The notes: generated by a model not told the origin, from the letters alone. Counted from the first letter of the stretch, positions 8,375 through 17,487 are shown. The stretch: DNA of 26,423 nt from a virus (IMGVR_UViG_3300020045_003778:1-26423); one strand, 5' to 3'. Made by a program: numbers and translations.

Positions 8375-11300
8375 ATGCCACGCTGGAGAAGAATAACCAC
8401 AGAGGAAGCTGCGCAATTACGCAGTAAGGGTCTTACAGAGACTAGAAATGTTGTCGTAGATCAGGACACTGGCGACCTAGCGGAAGCTGGTGACGAGAGC
8501 GAGTCAAAGTTAGGCTTTGCTGCTCGCAGTATCGCTGGCGCTATTCCTCCGTTGCTAGCGGGACGCGCTATTGGTGCTGGAGCTGGAGCTGTGTTAGGTG
8601 GTGGTGCTGGTTTAGCTGGCGGTCCTGCTGCACCTGCCACTGTTCCCGCTGGTGTTACTGCTGGAATCATTGGCGGCAATATAGTTGGTGGCTTAGCCGC
8701 TTCTGGCTTACAAGAATATCTCTTAAAAGGTGCCGCAAATCGCTGGCCCAGCAGTGCTATAGCAGACTTCCAACGCCGCCGCGAGGGAGACATACAAGCA
8801 TCTCCTTATGCCTCGATGTTGACTTCTCTAGGTGCTAGTCCAGCGGGTGGTGGTGGTTTAATGACGATTCCAAGCACGTTAAAACGTGCGGCGCAGATGG
8901 GTGGGTTGCAGTTTGGTATTGATATACCTTTACAATATGCCACAACAGGTGAATACGATCCAGTGCGCGGTCTAATCGCCGCCGGAAGTGGTGCTTTCCA
9001 ATCTACTCCAAATCGCTCCATAAGAAACCTAGAGCGCAAGATTACATCTGCTATTCCTGGCATTAGAGGCACCAGTTTCGAAGAACATTTCGCGCCGCGC
9101 ATGGCGCCGGAGAAGCCGCAGGCAGATGCTATTGATAAAGTTCGTCGTAGTTACGGCCAGCAACTTCGTTCTCGATTAGAAGGGGAACAAATCCCGCCAG
9201 CTAACGTAGAGAGTCCAGGCACCGATAAAGATGTTCTTGCATCTATTGCAGCAGAAGGAATGACTGTGGCGAAACCAGCAGTTCCTGCTGAGCCTACTCT
9301 CGCCGCAGCCCAACCTCCACCACTAGCTCCCGAATTAGCCGGCCAACTAGCCGATCTCGCAGCAGGAAAACGCTACGCTATTCCCCTCTCCGCCACTGAC
9401 ACTCTAGCCGCGCCAGAAGGCACGGTAATAACTGAAACCTCAAAAGGAAAGATACTCCATGATAAAACCATCAAGCCAGAACTCATCAAAATCTGGGCAG
9501 AGAACGACCAACTCGGATCTCTATATGGCAAGCCAGAAGCGGCAAGCCCAACCGTCGCAGAATCCAGTGTTACCAAGCCAGCCAGCCCCGCAGACAGTGT
9601 CCCAGCCGCTATCAAAGCAGTCGCGCCAGTCGAGCCGCCGAAAGAAGTAACCGCTATTCCGCCCGGCACTAGGGTCGAAATAGGGGACGAGACAGGTAAT
9701 CACTACACCGTGGGCCAAACAGTTGGCGATCAGGTGGAGATCATTCAGGGTGGCAAGAAGCAGACTATTCCGGTGGCTACGCTAGAGAGTTTTATCAGGT
9801 CTACTGGGGCGAAAGTAACGGCGCCTAGTGCGGCTGTTACCTATGAAGCTCCACCCGCTAGCACAGCGCCGAAGCTGGAGATTAAGCAGGCACAAAGTGA
9901 GGAAGTAATTCCTCCTGTTAAGGAGATAACGCCAGAGGAAATCAAAGCCGACCTAGAAGCCACGGCACGAGAAGCGGCTGACGAGCTTGGTGGTGTGGGT
10001 GACGATGTTGTGGAACCTGTAGTTCCTGTTGCTCCGAAGGTTAAGAAACCACGCCAGCCCCGTGGAATAGTGCTCAAGCAGAAGCCTGCTGAAGCGTCGC
10101 CGGTTACATCGGCGGTGGAGGAAGCTCCTCTAACAACTAAGCTACCTGCTGCTCGCCCAGCGCCAGGTAAGCAGTCAAGTGAAGAGGCTGCTAGAATACT
10201 GGCAGAACTGGAGAAGCCTGGATCGGCAGCTATACAAGGCCGAGTCACAGAAGACACAAGACCTAAGGGGCCGACGCATGTGCTACCAGAATCAGTAACC
10301 AAGGTGCGCACGCCAGAGGAACAACGTAACTTTCGGATCAATACATTGGCCGATCGTATTGATGATCTGCGTCCACGACTTGCTGGATCAACAGATAAAG
10401 TTGCACTTCGAAATCTTAAAAAGATGGAGAAAGAGATGGCTACGTTGATAGCAGAACGAGAGGCATATAAGAATCCAGCTTCTATAGGCTCCGGCATCAA
10501 GGCCGTTATGGAGAAGGGTAAAGAGTCTGGTGCAGTATTGAACCCGTTCACGATATTGTCAGAGCGTGTAAAGAATAGAAAACTCCGACTCTCAAAGGAG
10601 AACACTGACTTATTACCCAAGCTAGTCAAGGATCGTGTTGACAAATATGTAGCAGATTGGGCAAACACAAATTATAAGATCAACTCACTCGATTTCAATG
10701 ATAGTGATAGTGTATTCATCAGGTCAGATGCTGAATACAATCCTATAAATCTAAAAACAGGAACAACAGGAACAGGTCCAAGTGCTGGAGATTTTCACGG
10801 AGAAAAAGGGATTCTCCCTGGGCAACGTGTGAAGCTGCCACCAGGTGGTGTAGTCGTAGAGCAAGCATATCGTGGTAATGGCGATCCTTATATCGCTGTG
10901 CATTACAATAGTCGTGATCCAATGTTTAGTGTGGCAGGGCCAGCAGAACAAGGATCAATAGGTGCAGGAATGCAGAGAGCTATTGGCGCAAAGAGCGAGT
11001 CTGGTTCTATCATCAATCCAGGCCCAGAAATCCAGCGCGCTATGGAAGCTGGTGGTGCTGGCCCAGCTAAGCTACCAACGATGGCCGATCTCAAAGCAGG
11101 TGCAAAGCGCGTAATAGGCGCCCCTTTCAAAGCTGGCGAATACCTCGGAATCAAACAGCTCTATGACATGACTAAAGGTTCAGTGCAGCGCAAGCTGGCT
11201 ACTGGCCACCCACTGGAATATCGCCACGTCAAGAAATACGAGCAGATGGTAGTTGATGCCGCCAAGCAGGCGCCCTTTAAGCAGGCCATGCAGGAGATGA

Positions 11301-13438
11301 AAAGCGAGCTTAGCGCCGCTGAGATAGATAGAATCTCCGATTACGTCTATGCGAAGAAGCACAATGAGCCATCTGATGTCAAGCCCACGGAGCTAGAGCA
11401 GGAGCATATCAACACGGCGCGAGAGATCATAGACACCACGGGTATGCAGAAAGTCATGGGCGCCTACATCACAGACTTCGACGCGAAAGGCAACCAGTTC
11501 CAGCGGCCAGCGATAATGACTGAGCATTTCTTTCCCGAGGCGATGAATAGCCGTGCAAGAAAGGTGTTGAACAACGCCACTCGATATGGCGATGAATACA
11601 ATAGATTGCGCAATGACTTCATAGCCTTCCAGGTGTCTCAAGGCCGCACCGAAGAAGTGGCCGGCAAGATATTCGAGCAGCTGAAATCCATACCGCAGGT
11701 CGATAAGAAGAATATCAACATGCAGTTCCGCGGCAATCGCTTCGCTTTAGGTGTGGGACTACCGAAATCAATGAGGATGAATGCTATAGATGCATTAGAC
11801 CGGGACATCTCCAGGCATTTCCAGGATTATTCGTGGCACAAGAACATTGAAAGCGATCCACAATTAGCTAAAGGATTAGGCCTAGAGGATATGGGCCGCA
11901 ATGATAAAGTCCCCGATGAAGTGCTGGACGATGCTGGCAATCCTATTGAGTCGAATATCTTGCAGAGTGAGGATACCGCGGCGATGCACAAAGACTATTT
12001 AGGATATTCGAATCCTGGTGGGCAGATGCTGGAAAAGATGACATCTACTGTGGCATCCACACTGGTATCTACGTGGTCTGCTGTGCGTGATACACTACGT
12101 TTGCCGGTGTTCATGGCGACACACGGCACCATTCCACAGAACGTGCGCTTGGCTTTGCCAACTATTGCGGATGCTTTCAAGAAATCTGTAAAGCACGAGG
12201 CTATGGCCGCCGGTGGCCTGCGTGCTAAAGGTAATGCCGCCATGACAATCGTGGACGACGCTGAAGAAGGCATCAAGGGAATCTTGACCGACGGGCTGCG
12301 CACCGGCATACATCGTATTACAGCCACAGAGCGCATCTCCTCAGCTAATCGCCAGCTTGGATTTGCCTACGGAAAACGCTTAGCGCGGGATAACTTCATC
12401 AAAGCCAACGAGAAATTCCTAGAGAAGTGGGGACCGTTTGAATGGCGCAAGATGGCTGCTGAGAATCCTGAAGAGCTATTCGATTACATCGGCGCACGTA
12501 TGGCTGGTGCCAGCGGTGGAACTTATGGTGCAGAAGGCTTGCCTAATTTTGCACTGAAATCCGGAGACAATAAAGTCCTGCAAGCCACCGCCCCGCTGTA
12601 TCGCTGGAGCATAGAAGAGTTCAACCGCTGGTATCGTGACGCATACACGCCAGCTAAAGAGGGAAATGTTGGTCCTTTGTTGCGTTCGTTGACCGCTACG
12701 ATGGCGCTAACAACACCGGTGTTTAACTATCTCAAAGAGAAGATCACAGAAGCCAAGCCAAGGGAGATGACTTGGGCAGAGTATCTTAAACTAGGCGGGA
12801 AAGAAGATACAGCCTACGAACTTTTCTCCAGAATCGAGGCAGCTGGATATGCTGGTGCTTTAGGCAGCTTGGCATTCATGGCTGTGCAAACATGGAAAGG
12901 TGAAACACCACATGGTTTTGGCCAGCCAGCATTCCAACTCGCGGTGGATATTATCGAACGTTTCTCCCAGTGGGGCCAGCACTATCGTAATGGAGAAGCT
13001 GAGCTAGGCGACCTAGCTACTTACGCTGGTGAGACTGCTTTACAGCAAGTGCAAATCCTACGTATGTTAAGTCAGCAACCACCTACCGGCGAGCGTGAAG
13101 AGAATATTGCCCGCCGAGTAGGTGTGCTGCCACCAGAAAGCAAGGGTGACTATGGGGTGCGTGACCCACTGTCGATGTCTGGCGCGTATCGTAGCAATGA
13201 TGCAGAGCGATTGGCGAAGATATTTCGTAGTCGTATAGAGAAGGCTCCGATGTATCCAACTCGCAATCCACTACCACGCCCAACAAGCGCCGTGCGCCCT
13301 GATCCGAACTACTACAGATTCATTGCCGAGCTTCAAGGGCCAGAAGCGGCGGAAGCTGCGTATCAGCGCGATAAGGATGAAACGATTAAGAAGAGGGAGC
13401 TATTCCAACGCGCGGCGCAGGAAGCTACTAGGAGATAA
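8375..13438 (+). CDS. Large internal virion / ejection protein (1687 aa)
   Basis: Gly/Ala-rich hydrophobic N-terminal segments (GAGAGAVLGGGAGLAGGPAAP), long Pro/Ala/Glu-rich linker, helical C-terminal region; last gene of the virion arm. Confidence 0.7.
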   Translation: MPRWRRITTEEAAQLRSKGLTETRNVVVDQDTGDLAEAGDESESKLGFAARSIAGAIPPLLAGRAIGAGAGAVLGGGAGLAGGPAAPATVPAGVTAGIIGGNIVGGLAASGLQEYLLKGAANRWPSSAIADFQRRREGDIQASPYASMLTSLGASPAGGGGLMTIPSTLKRAAQMGGLQFGIDIPLQYATTGEYDPVRGLIAAGSGAFQSTPNRSIRNLERKITSAIPGIRGTSFEEHFAPRMAPEKPQADAIDKVRRSYGQQLRSRLEGEQIPPANVESPGTDKDVLASIAAEGMTVAKPAVPAEPTLAAAQPPPLAPELAGQLADLAAGKRYAIPLSATDTLAAPEGTVITETSKGKILHDKTIKPELIKIWAENDQLGSLYGKPEAASPTVAESSVTKPASPADSVPAAIKAVAPVEPPKEVTAIPPGTRVEIGDETGNHYTVGQTVGDQVEIIQGGKKQTIPVATLESFIRSTGAKVTAPSAAVTYEAPPASTAPKLEIKQAQSEEVIPPVKEITPEEIKADLEATAREAADELGGVGDDVVEPVVPVAPKVKKPRQPRGIVLKQKPAEASPVTSAVEEAPLTTKLPAARPAPGKQSSEEAARILAELEKPGSAAIQGRVTEDTRPKGPTHVLPESVTKVRTPEEQRNFRINTLADRIDDLRPRLAGSTDKVALRNLKKMEKEMATLIAEREAYKNPASIGSGIKAVMEKGKESGAVLNPFTILSERVKNRKLRLSKENTDLLPKLVKDRVDKYVADWANTNYKINSLDFNDSDSVFIRSDAEYNPINLKTGTTGTGPSAGDFHGEKGILPGQRVKLPPGGVVVEQAYRGNGDPYIAVHYNSRDPMFSVAGPAEQGSIGAGMQRAIGAKSESGSIINPGPEIQRAMEAGGAGPAKLPTMADLKAGAKRVIGAPFKAGEYLGIKQLYDMTKGSVQRKLATGHPLEYRHVKKYEQMVVDAAKQAPFKQAMQEMKSELSAAEIDRISDYVYAKKHNEPSDVKPTELEQEHINTAREIIDTTGMQKVMGAYITDFDAKGNQFQRPAIMTEHFFPEAMNSRARKVLNNATRYGDEYNRLRNDFIAFQVSQGRTEEVAGKIFEQLKSIPQVDKKNINMQFRGNRFALGVGLPKSMRMNAIDALDRDISRHFQDYSWHKNIESDPQLAKGLGLEDMGRNDKVPDEVLDDAGNPIESNILQSEDTAAMHKDYLGYSNPGGQMLEKMTSTVASTLVSTWSAVRDTLRLPVFMATHGTIPQNVRLALPTIADAFKKSVKHEAMAAGGLRAKGNAAMTIVDDAEEGIKGILTDGLRTGIHRITATERISSANRQLGFAYGKRLARDNFIKANEKFLEKWGPFEWRKMAAENPEELFDYIGARMAGASGGTYGAEGLPNFALKSGDNKVLQATAPLYRWSIEEFNRWYRDAYTPAKEGNVGPLLRSLTATMALTTPVFNYLKEKITEAKPREMTWAEYLKLGGKEDTAYELFSRIEAAGYAGALGSLAFMAVQTWKGETPHGFGQPAFQLAVDIIERFSQWGQHYRNGEAELGDLATYAGETALQQVQILRMLSQQPPTGEREENIARRVGVLPPESKGDYGVRDPLSMSGAYRSNDAERLAKIFRSRIEKAPMYPTRNPLPRPTSAVRPDPNYYRFIAELQGPEAAEAAYQRDKDETIKKRELFQRAAQEATRR

Positions 13439-14018
13439 ACCTAGACAGATCAGGGGGCACATGGCAAGGTGGTTTTACTACCTTGCCATTCTTGTTTTTC
13501 ACTAAGAACTTCTGGCCTTTAGGGATCACGATTAGCTCTTTATCATCTGGTCGTGCGGTCCAGAGCTTTGACATGTTATTTTCGTGGACTACTTTGAACG
13601 CTTCGATTAAGTTCATTGCGTAGCCAAGGTCATCTATCTTGGCCAGTAAGCGATTGGAATATCTATACATACGCTTGTGGCACGGAATGCCTAATCTACA
13701 TTCTTCAATAGTGTAGCTAGCTTCGGGGTCCATAGAGACTAGCGTCTTATTTGTTTTAGCACTATAAGGAATAGGCATCAATCCGCAGGTGATCATAGTG
13801 CCAGCAGTCACGTAGGCTAGATCACAGAGGGCGTCTAGTATTCCTATTTTATCACCCTTATTTCTAGCCTCATCGTATTCTTTATCTTCTTCGTCAATTA
13901 AGTCCGCCCGCAGCTTCAAGGTTTTATCTGGCACATCAGACGTGAAGCGATAGCATCGCTGGTCGAAGGCTTTCATGAACTCTTTGACCAAGTAGAAATA
14001 TGTTTCGGTATTTGTCAT
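13428..14018 (-). CDS. MazG-like all-alpha nucleotide pyrophosphohydrolase (PRA-PH / DR2231-like)
   Basis: LRADLIDEEDKEYDEA...ILDALCDLAYV acidic metal motif; AFKVVHENNMSK and NGKVVKPP...PDL C-terminal signature. Confidence 0.85.
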   Translation of the reverse strand: MTNTETYFYLVKEFMKAFDQRCYRFTSDVPDKTLKLRADLIDEEDKEYDEARNKGDKIGILDALCDLAYVTAGTMITCGLMPIPYSAKTNKTLVSMDPEASYTIEECRLGIPCHKRMYRYSNRLLAKIDDLGYAMNLIEAFKVVHENNMSKLWTARPDDKELIVIPKGQKFLVKNKNGKVVKPPCHVPPDLSRFIS

Positions 14019-14125
14019 ACTTTCTTGCTTTTCTTATTTCCATAATGCACACGTAGGTAGTGCATAGCAATCGAGATGAATCTGCGAGCTGTATATTTAC
14101 AGGTTTTACAAGGGCATTGTTTCAT
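14015..14125 (-). CDS. 36-aa C2H2 zinc-finger microprotein (not in ORF track)
   Basis: MKQCPCKTCKYTARRFISIAMHYLRVHYGNKKSKKV; C-x2-C-x12-H-x4-H; starts 1 nt after upstream stop, ends in ATGA overlap with the MazG-like gene. Confidence 0.75.
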   Translation of the reverse strand: MKQCPCKTCKYTARRFISIAMHYLRVHYGNKKSKKV

Positions 14126-14126
14126 A

Positions 14127-14345
14127 TTACCAGATTAGATCAGGGTTCTCTACCTCCAGCGCCGACATAGAATTCACTATGTATTTATGCACTGGTGCAT
14201 TCTTCTCATGCCTCAGACCATTGTGCCACAGCCAGTGTAGGTAGCTAGCAGGCACATCTTGCATTGGAATTCCTCTATGTTTACCATACGGCATTGGATC
14301 GAGATCACCTAATGTTTCCTTTACTTCTTCACGTTTGATCTTCAT
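14127..14345 (-). CDS. DUF3820-like small protein
   Basis: MPYGKHRGIPMQDVPASYLHWL matches the MPFGKYKG...VP..YL.W family motif. Confidence 0.8.
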   Translation of the reverse strand: MKIKREEVKETLGDLDPMPYGKHRGIPMQDVPASYLHWLWHNGLRHEKNAPVHKYIVNSMSALEVENPDLIW

Positions 14346-15547
14346 AAGTAGTATATTGTTTTCCTTGTTTTATCCACCTTGTGTTTTAACCCGCAACCTA
14401 TTTCTAATTCTTTCAAGCACATCTCTATCTCTTCAATGTTTAGATCGCTGGAGAATTCCAATACGATCTCTGCCTTACTGACTTCCTTACGCTGCTTAAT
14501 GTAGGCTAAGATTTTCCGGCTGGGGATATGTAATACATTACTGCCCGATAAGGCTAGTCCAGCACGCATGTTATCCTCCACAGAGTCCAACAATTCCACG
14601 GCTCTAACCACACATGGTAGTTCAATCTCCATTGTTAGGCTCTCCGCGAAATGTATCGCCGCTGCGAGTTTCAATAAGATGACTTTCTTGCGGCCTAAGT
14701 AGTCCCTCATGCGATCGCCAGCGCCAAGTTCTTTCTTCACGTGGTCGTTAACATACCACGCATCCAGCCATTCAGTCACTGCTGGCCCATAAGTAATCGG
14801 CCCGTAAACACCAGCAAGCTTGCGAAGCCAATCCAGAATAGCAGTCTTAGCGGCCTTTTGCTCGTCTGTCTCGCCGCTGATGTGGAAGGCATCGAATCGT
14901 CTGTTGTTCTCAAAGAGCATAAGAGTCCTGCTGGAGAATCCCTGTCCAAATATCTTATGCTTGTGCGCCTCCTTGAGAAAGTCGATCTGTGTGCCAGCGA
15001 TGAAATTGAGACATAATCGCCGAATGAGGTCTTGGCCCTGATGTTTTGTTTCTTTATCATATTCTTTGCAGTCGTAGGCATTGACTAGGAATTTCACCAC
15101 GTCCTCTGTTTTACGCTGGAATAAAGAAGAGAGTTCCTCCAGCACGAACCAGATAGATGTGTGCGTGTAGAAGGATTTATCGGGGCGCATTATCACGCGA
15201 CCAGATGATGCGAGCTTAGCGAGCAGTTGCTCGAAAGTTATGTTATCCGCTCCGCTGGGGAAGAGTAATTGATGCTCCGTGCCGGTGGAGGTTTTAATCG
15301 TAGGCCGTGACGAGTCCTTATGGAATTTCAGGAAATGACTGATAGCTCCTAACACTAATCCTTTACCCACCGCCGGTGGCCCGACGAATACTATGTATTG
15401 ATTCGGAAACACTGGCATGGATTCCGAATAGAACCACACTCGGCGTTGTAGAGCGGCGGATATTATGAAGTAGAAACCGAAGTTGATATAACTATTTGGA
15501 GAGGGAAGGTTTTTCGTGTATAAAAGCCAGCGTTCATAGTTGGTCAT
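14342..15547 (-). CDS. DUF3987-like AAA+ ATPase, putative replicative helicase, with possible C-terminal winged helix
   Basis: Walker A GPPAVGKG, Walker B-like FVLEEL, AYDC...TK.QG.D.I, FIAGTQ, GFSSR; ATGA-coupled directly downstream of PolA C-part. Confidence 0.7.
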   Translation of the reverse strand: MTNYERWLLYTKNLPSPNSYINFGFYFIISAALQRRVWFYSESMPVFPNQYIVFVGPPAVGKGLVLGAISHFLKFHKDSSRPTIKTSTGTEHQLLFPSGADNITFEQLLAKLASSGRVIMRPDKSFYTHTSIWFVLEELSSLFQRKTEDVVKFLVNAYDCKEYDKETKHQGQDLIRRLCLNFIAGTQIDFLKEAHKHKIFGQGFSSRTLMLFENNRRFDAFHISGETDEQKAAKTAILDWLRKLAGVYGPITYGPAVTEWLDAWYVNDHVKKELGAGDRMRDYLGRKKVILLKLAAAIHFAESLTMEIELPCVVRAVELLDSVEDNMRAGLALSGSNVLHIPSRKILAYIKQRKEVSKAEIVLEFSSDLNIEEIEMCLKELEIGCGLKHKVDKTRKTIYYL

Positions 15548-16530
15548 GCGAATTCTTTCATACCATCCGGGTTATTCGTCTCATGCCACTTGGCCCAATT
15601 ATATCCTTTAGCAATCTCCGCCTTCATCTTATAGTGCTCTCCTCTACTCGATACTAACTCCCGCTCCAACACGCCCTTCAATACCGCCGCACCACTCTCG
15701 ACATGTTCAGATGTATCTGGAACCTGTATGAGAACACTGTCATGTTTATTGTTAAGCACCTGCCACGGCAAATGTTCCTTTTGAATCTTATGATGCAATT
15801 CCACGAACGCCAGGTTAGTAATGGTTCCGACCGTAGATTGAGGGATGAAGGCATAAGCATCTCGTTTCAATGAGTCACTCCATAGTCCGCTGAAATACCG
15901 TGGGTATCCGAATAAGTTGTGCAGAGTTCTATCGGCCGCCAGCTTGGCGTTAATGATTGCATGATATTCTGCAATCTCTGGGAATACTGTGTCGTCAATG
16001 CCGAGGAAGTCTTTCGCTTCTTTAAAGCTCAGCACTATCTCACCTTCACTTTGTTCCAAGCAGTTGACCTGGAATGTCCGGGGCCCCATGTTGTAGTTCT
16101 TCGCGTGCCGCACCATCTTACCGAGTTTGTATTCCCGCTCGGAGTTCTTCAAGGTTTTGAATAGCTCCTTATATTCAGGGTACGTTACGATTACTTCTGG
16201 GTCCACACCTTTGTAGCGGTCACTTGGGTGCCCACCTTTGAACTTCTCTGTGAATATCTGTAGCGCAGTGTAGCTATGTGGTTTCACTCCTAGTTCAAAG
16301 AGCTTGCGGAACTTAGCTCGGCGGCACTCGTAGGCTACGATTAAAGCTTCAGCGCCGGCTTGATCTCCTTGTAGGAATATTTTACCTTCATCTGGTATGA
16401 TACATTGCATCAAGGATGGGCTAGGATTCTGGAGGTTAGCGCCGTAATAACTTAACATCTTAGCAGATGCTAATCGAAAATTCTTTGTACCTGAAAGTTT
16501 CCATCCAGTAGTTATTCTATTCGCTATCAT
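15544..16530 (-). CDS. polA: DNA polymerase family A, C-terminal part (palm and fingers)
   Basis: GTKNFRLAS...NLQN, motif A GDQAGAE, motif B KMVRHAKNYNMG, NLFGYPR, AFIPQST, motif C KHDS; has its own RBS. Confidence 0.93.
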   Translation of the reverse strand: MIANRITTGWKLSGTKNFRLASAKMLSYYGANLQNPSPSLMQCIIPDEGKIFLQGDQAGAEALIVAYECRRAKFRKLFELGVKPHSYTALQIFTEKFKGGHPSDRYKGVDPEVIVTYPEYKELFKTLKNSEREYKLGKMVRHAKNYNMGPRTFQVNCLEQSEGEIVLSFKEAKDFLGIDDTVFPEIAEYHAIINAKLAADRTLHNLFGYPRYFSGLWSDSLKRDAYAFIPQSTVGTITNLAFVELHHKIQKEHLPWQVLNNKHDSVLIQVPDTSEHVESGAAVLKGVLERELVSSRGEHYKMKAEIAKGYNWAKWHETNNPDGMKEFA

Positions 16531-16819
16531 GCCATCTCCTTATTAAATACTTTCGCTCATGGTCTAGGATACACCACTCTTCCCACGTGGCATCTTTGGA
16601 TTCAAATGTTACGGCGATTAGTTCTAGCACATCTAAGTTGATCCTTCTTAGTTTGCATCCATGTGGTTCCGGTAGTAGTTCCCATATACTGTCGCGTGGA
16701 TCAGCGGCGCTTACAATGTGAAATTCACTAGCTTCGGCTGCAAGGGGACGTTCGCTTTTGACAGCTCGGTGTATCTTATTGTGATAGTCCTTCCAAGAAA
16801 AGAACTCTGGTTGTTCCAT
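16517..16819 (-). CDS. Hypothetical protein (start uncertain)
   Basis: Fills the ~180-nt gap between ligase and PolA C-part and overlaps the PolA start by 14 nt, but its ATG lies 109 nt inside the ligase gene. Confidence 0.4.
   Translation of the reverse strand: MEQPEFFSWKDYHNKIHRAVKSERPLAAEASEFHIVSAADPRDSIWELLPEPHGCKLRRINLDVLELIAVTFESKDATWEEWCILDHERKYLIRRWHDSE
16536..16542 (-). promoter_or_regulatory. Shine-Dalgarno site of PolA C-part
   Basis: Minus strand reads TAAGGAG-ATGGC-ATG(16530); the TAA is also an in-frame stop four codons upstream of the ATG. Confidence 0.8.
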
Positions 16820-17487
16820 ACATGTTGTCGTTGTTTCTCGGTGATGTTGCCGCCGCCTACACAGCAGCGTTCTCCAGTTTTACGTATCACTACGAATGCA
16901 CCTAGTGAACCTTTGAATTTCCCTTTCCCCTCGACGAACTCTGATATTTCTACGTTCTCCTGCTGCAAAGGTTTCATCTTGAGTAGAGCAGCAGTGCGGC
17001 CAACATGATATGGCGCTGTTAAATGTCTGATCATGGCGCCTTCGTAGCCACATTGAATGTAGTCTGCTAGCTGCTGCTCAAGTTCCTGCTTATTGCGGAT
17101 TACTTTGAACGACCCACTAGGCACACGTAGATTCGCCGGCATGCTAGAGATATTATCGTAATGCACGAAGTTAATCTTCCACGCATCTGGATGGGCGATG
17201 ATACGGTGCTGGACTAACATGCCACAGAGTTCTTGGAAGGGAATTCCATGACTATAGAGTTCACCATCTTGCGATACGGTGCGATCGAAGTCTAGCTTCT
17301 CGGTGTATAGATGTGGGATGATATGGCGCGGGAACACTTTGCCCTGCCGGGAGATGAATAGCTTCTCCTTATGGTCCCACTTAGCACGCACGCCATTGTA
17401 TTTGGGCTGCACGATTGCCGGGAATGGGATGAAGTCTTGGGCGTAGTAGTCTTCCGCTAACATGGCCCATGAGGGGTAGTCTTTCAT
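16711..17487 (-). CDS. lig: Minimal ATP-dependent DNA ligase
   Basis: Motif I QPKYNGVR, III DGELY, IIIa FVHYD, IV YEGAMIR, V LLKMKP, followed by OB-fold (EGKGKF.G.LGAF...GGG...ITIRY). Confidence 0.9.
   Translation of the reverse strand: MKDYPSWAMLAEDYYAQDFIPFPAIVQPKYNGVRAKWDHKEKLFISRQGKVFPRHIIPHLYTEKLDFDRTVSQDGELYSHGIPFQELCGMLVQHRIIAHPDAWKINFVHYDNISSMPANLRVPSGSFKVIRNKQELEQQLADYIQCGYEGAMIRHLTAPYHVGRTAALLKMKPLQQENVEISEFVEGKGKFKGSLGAFVVIRKTGERCCVGGGNITEKQRQHVWNNQSSFLGRTITIRYTELSKANVPLQPKLVNFTL

Noticed and set aside
9841-10668. 275-aa minus-strand ORF and other antisense ORFs (e.g. 24136-24684 +, 25812-26309 +)
   Set aside because: Shadow frames of well-supported genes, Ser-rich and without motifs
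13678-13692. Sigma-54 promoter-like TGGCACGGAATGC; also TGGCACG near 19558
   Set aside because: GG-to-GC spacing does not fit GG-N10-GC and both lie inside genes on the opposite strand; my manual scan found no convincing -24/-12 site in this window
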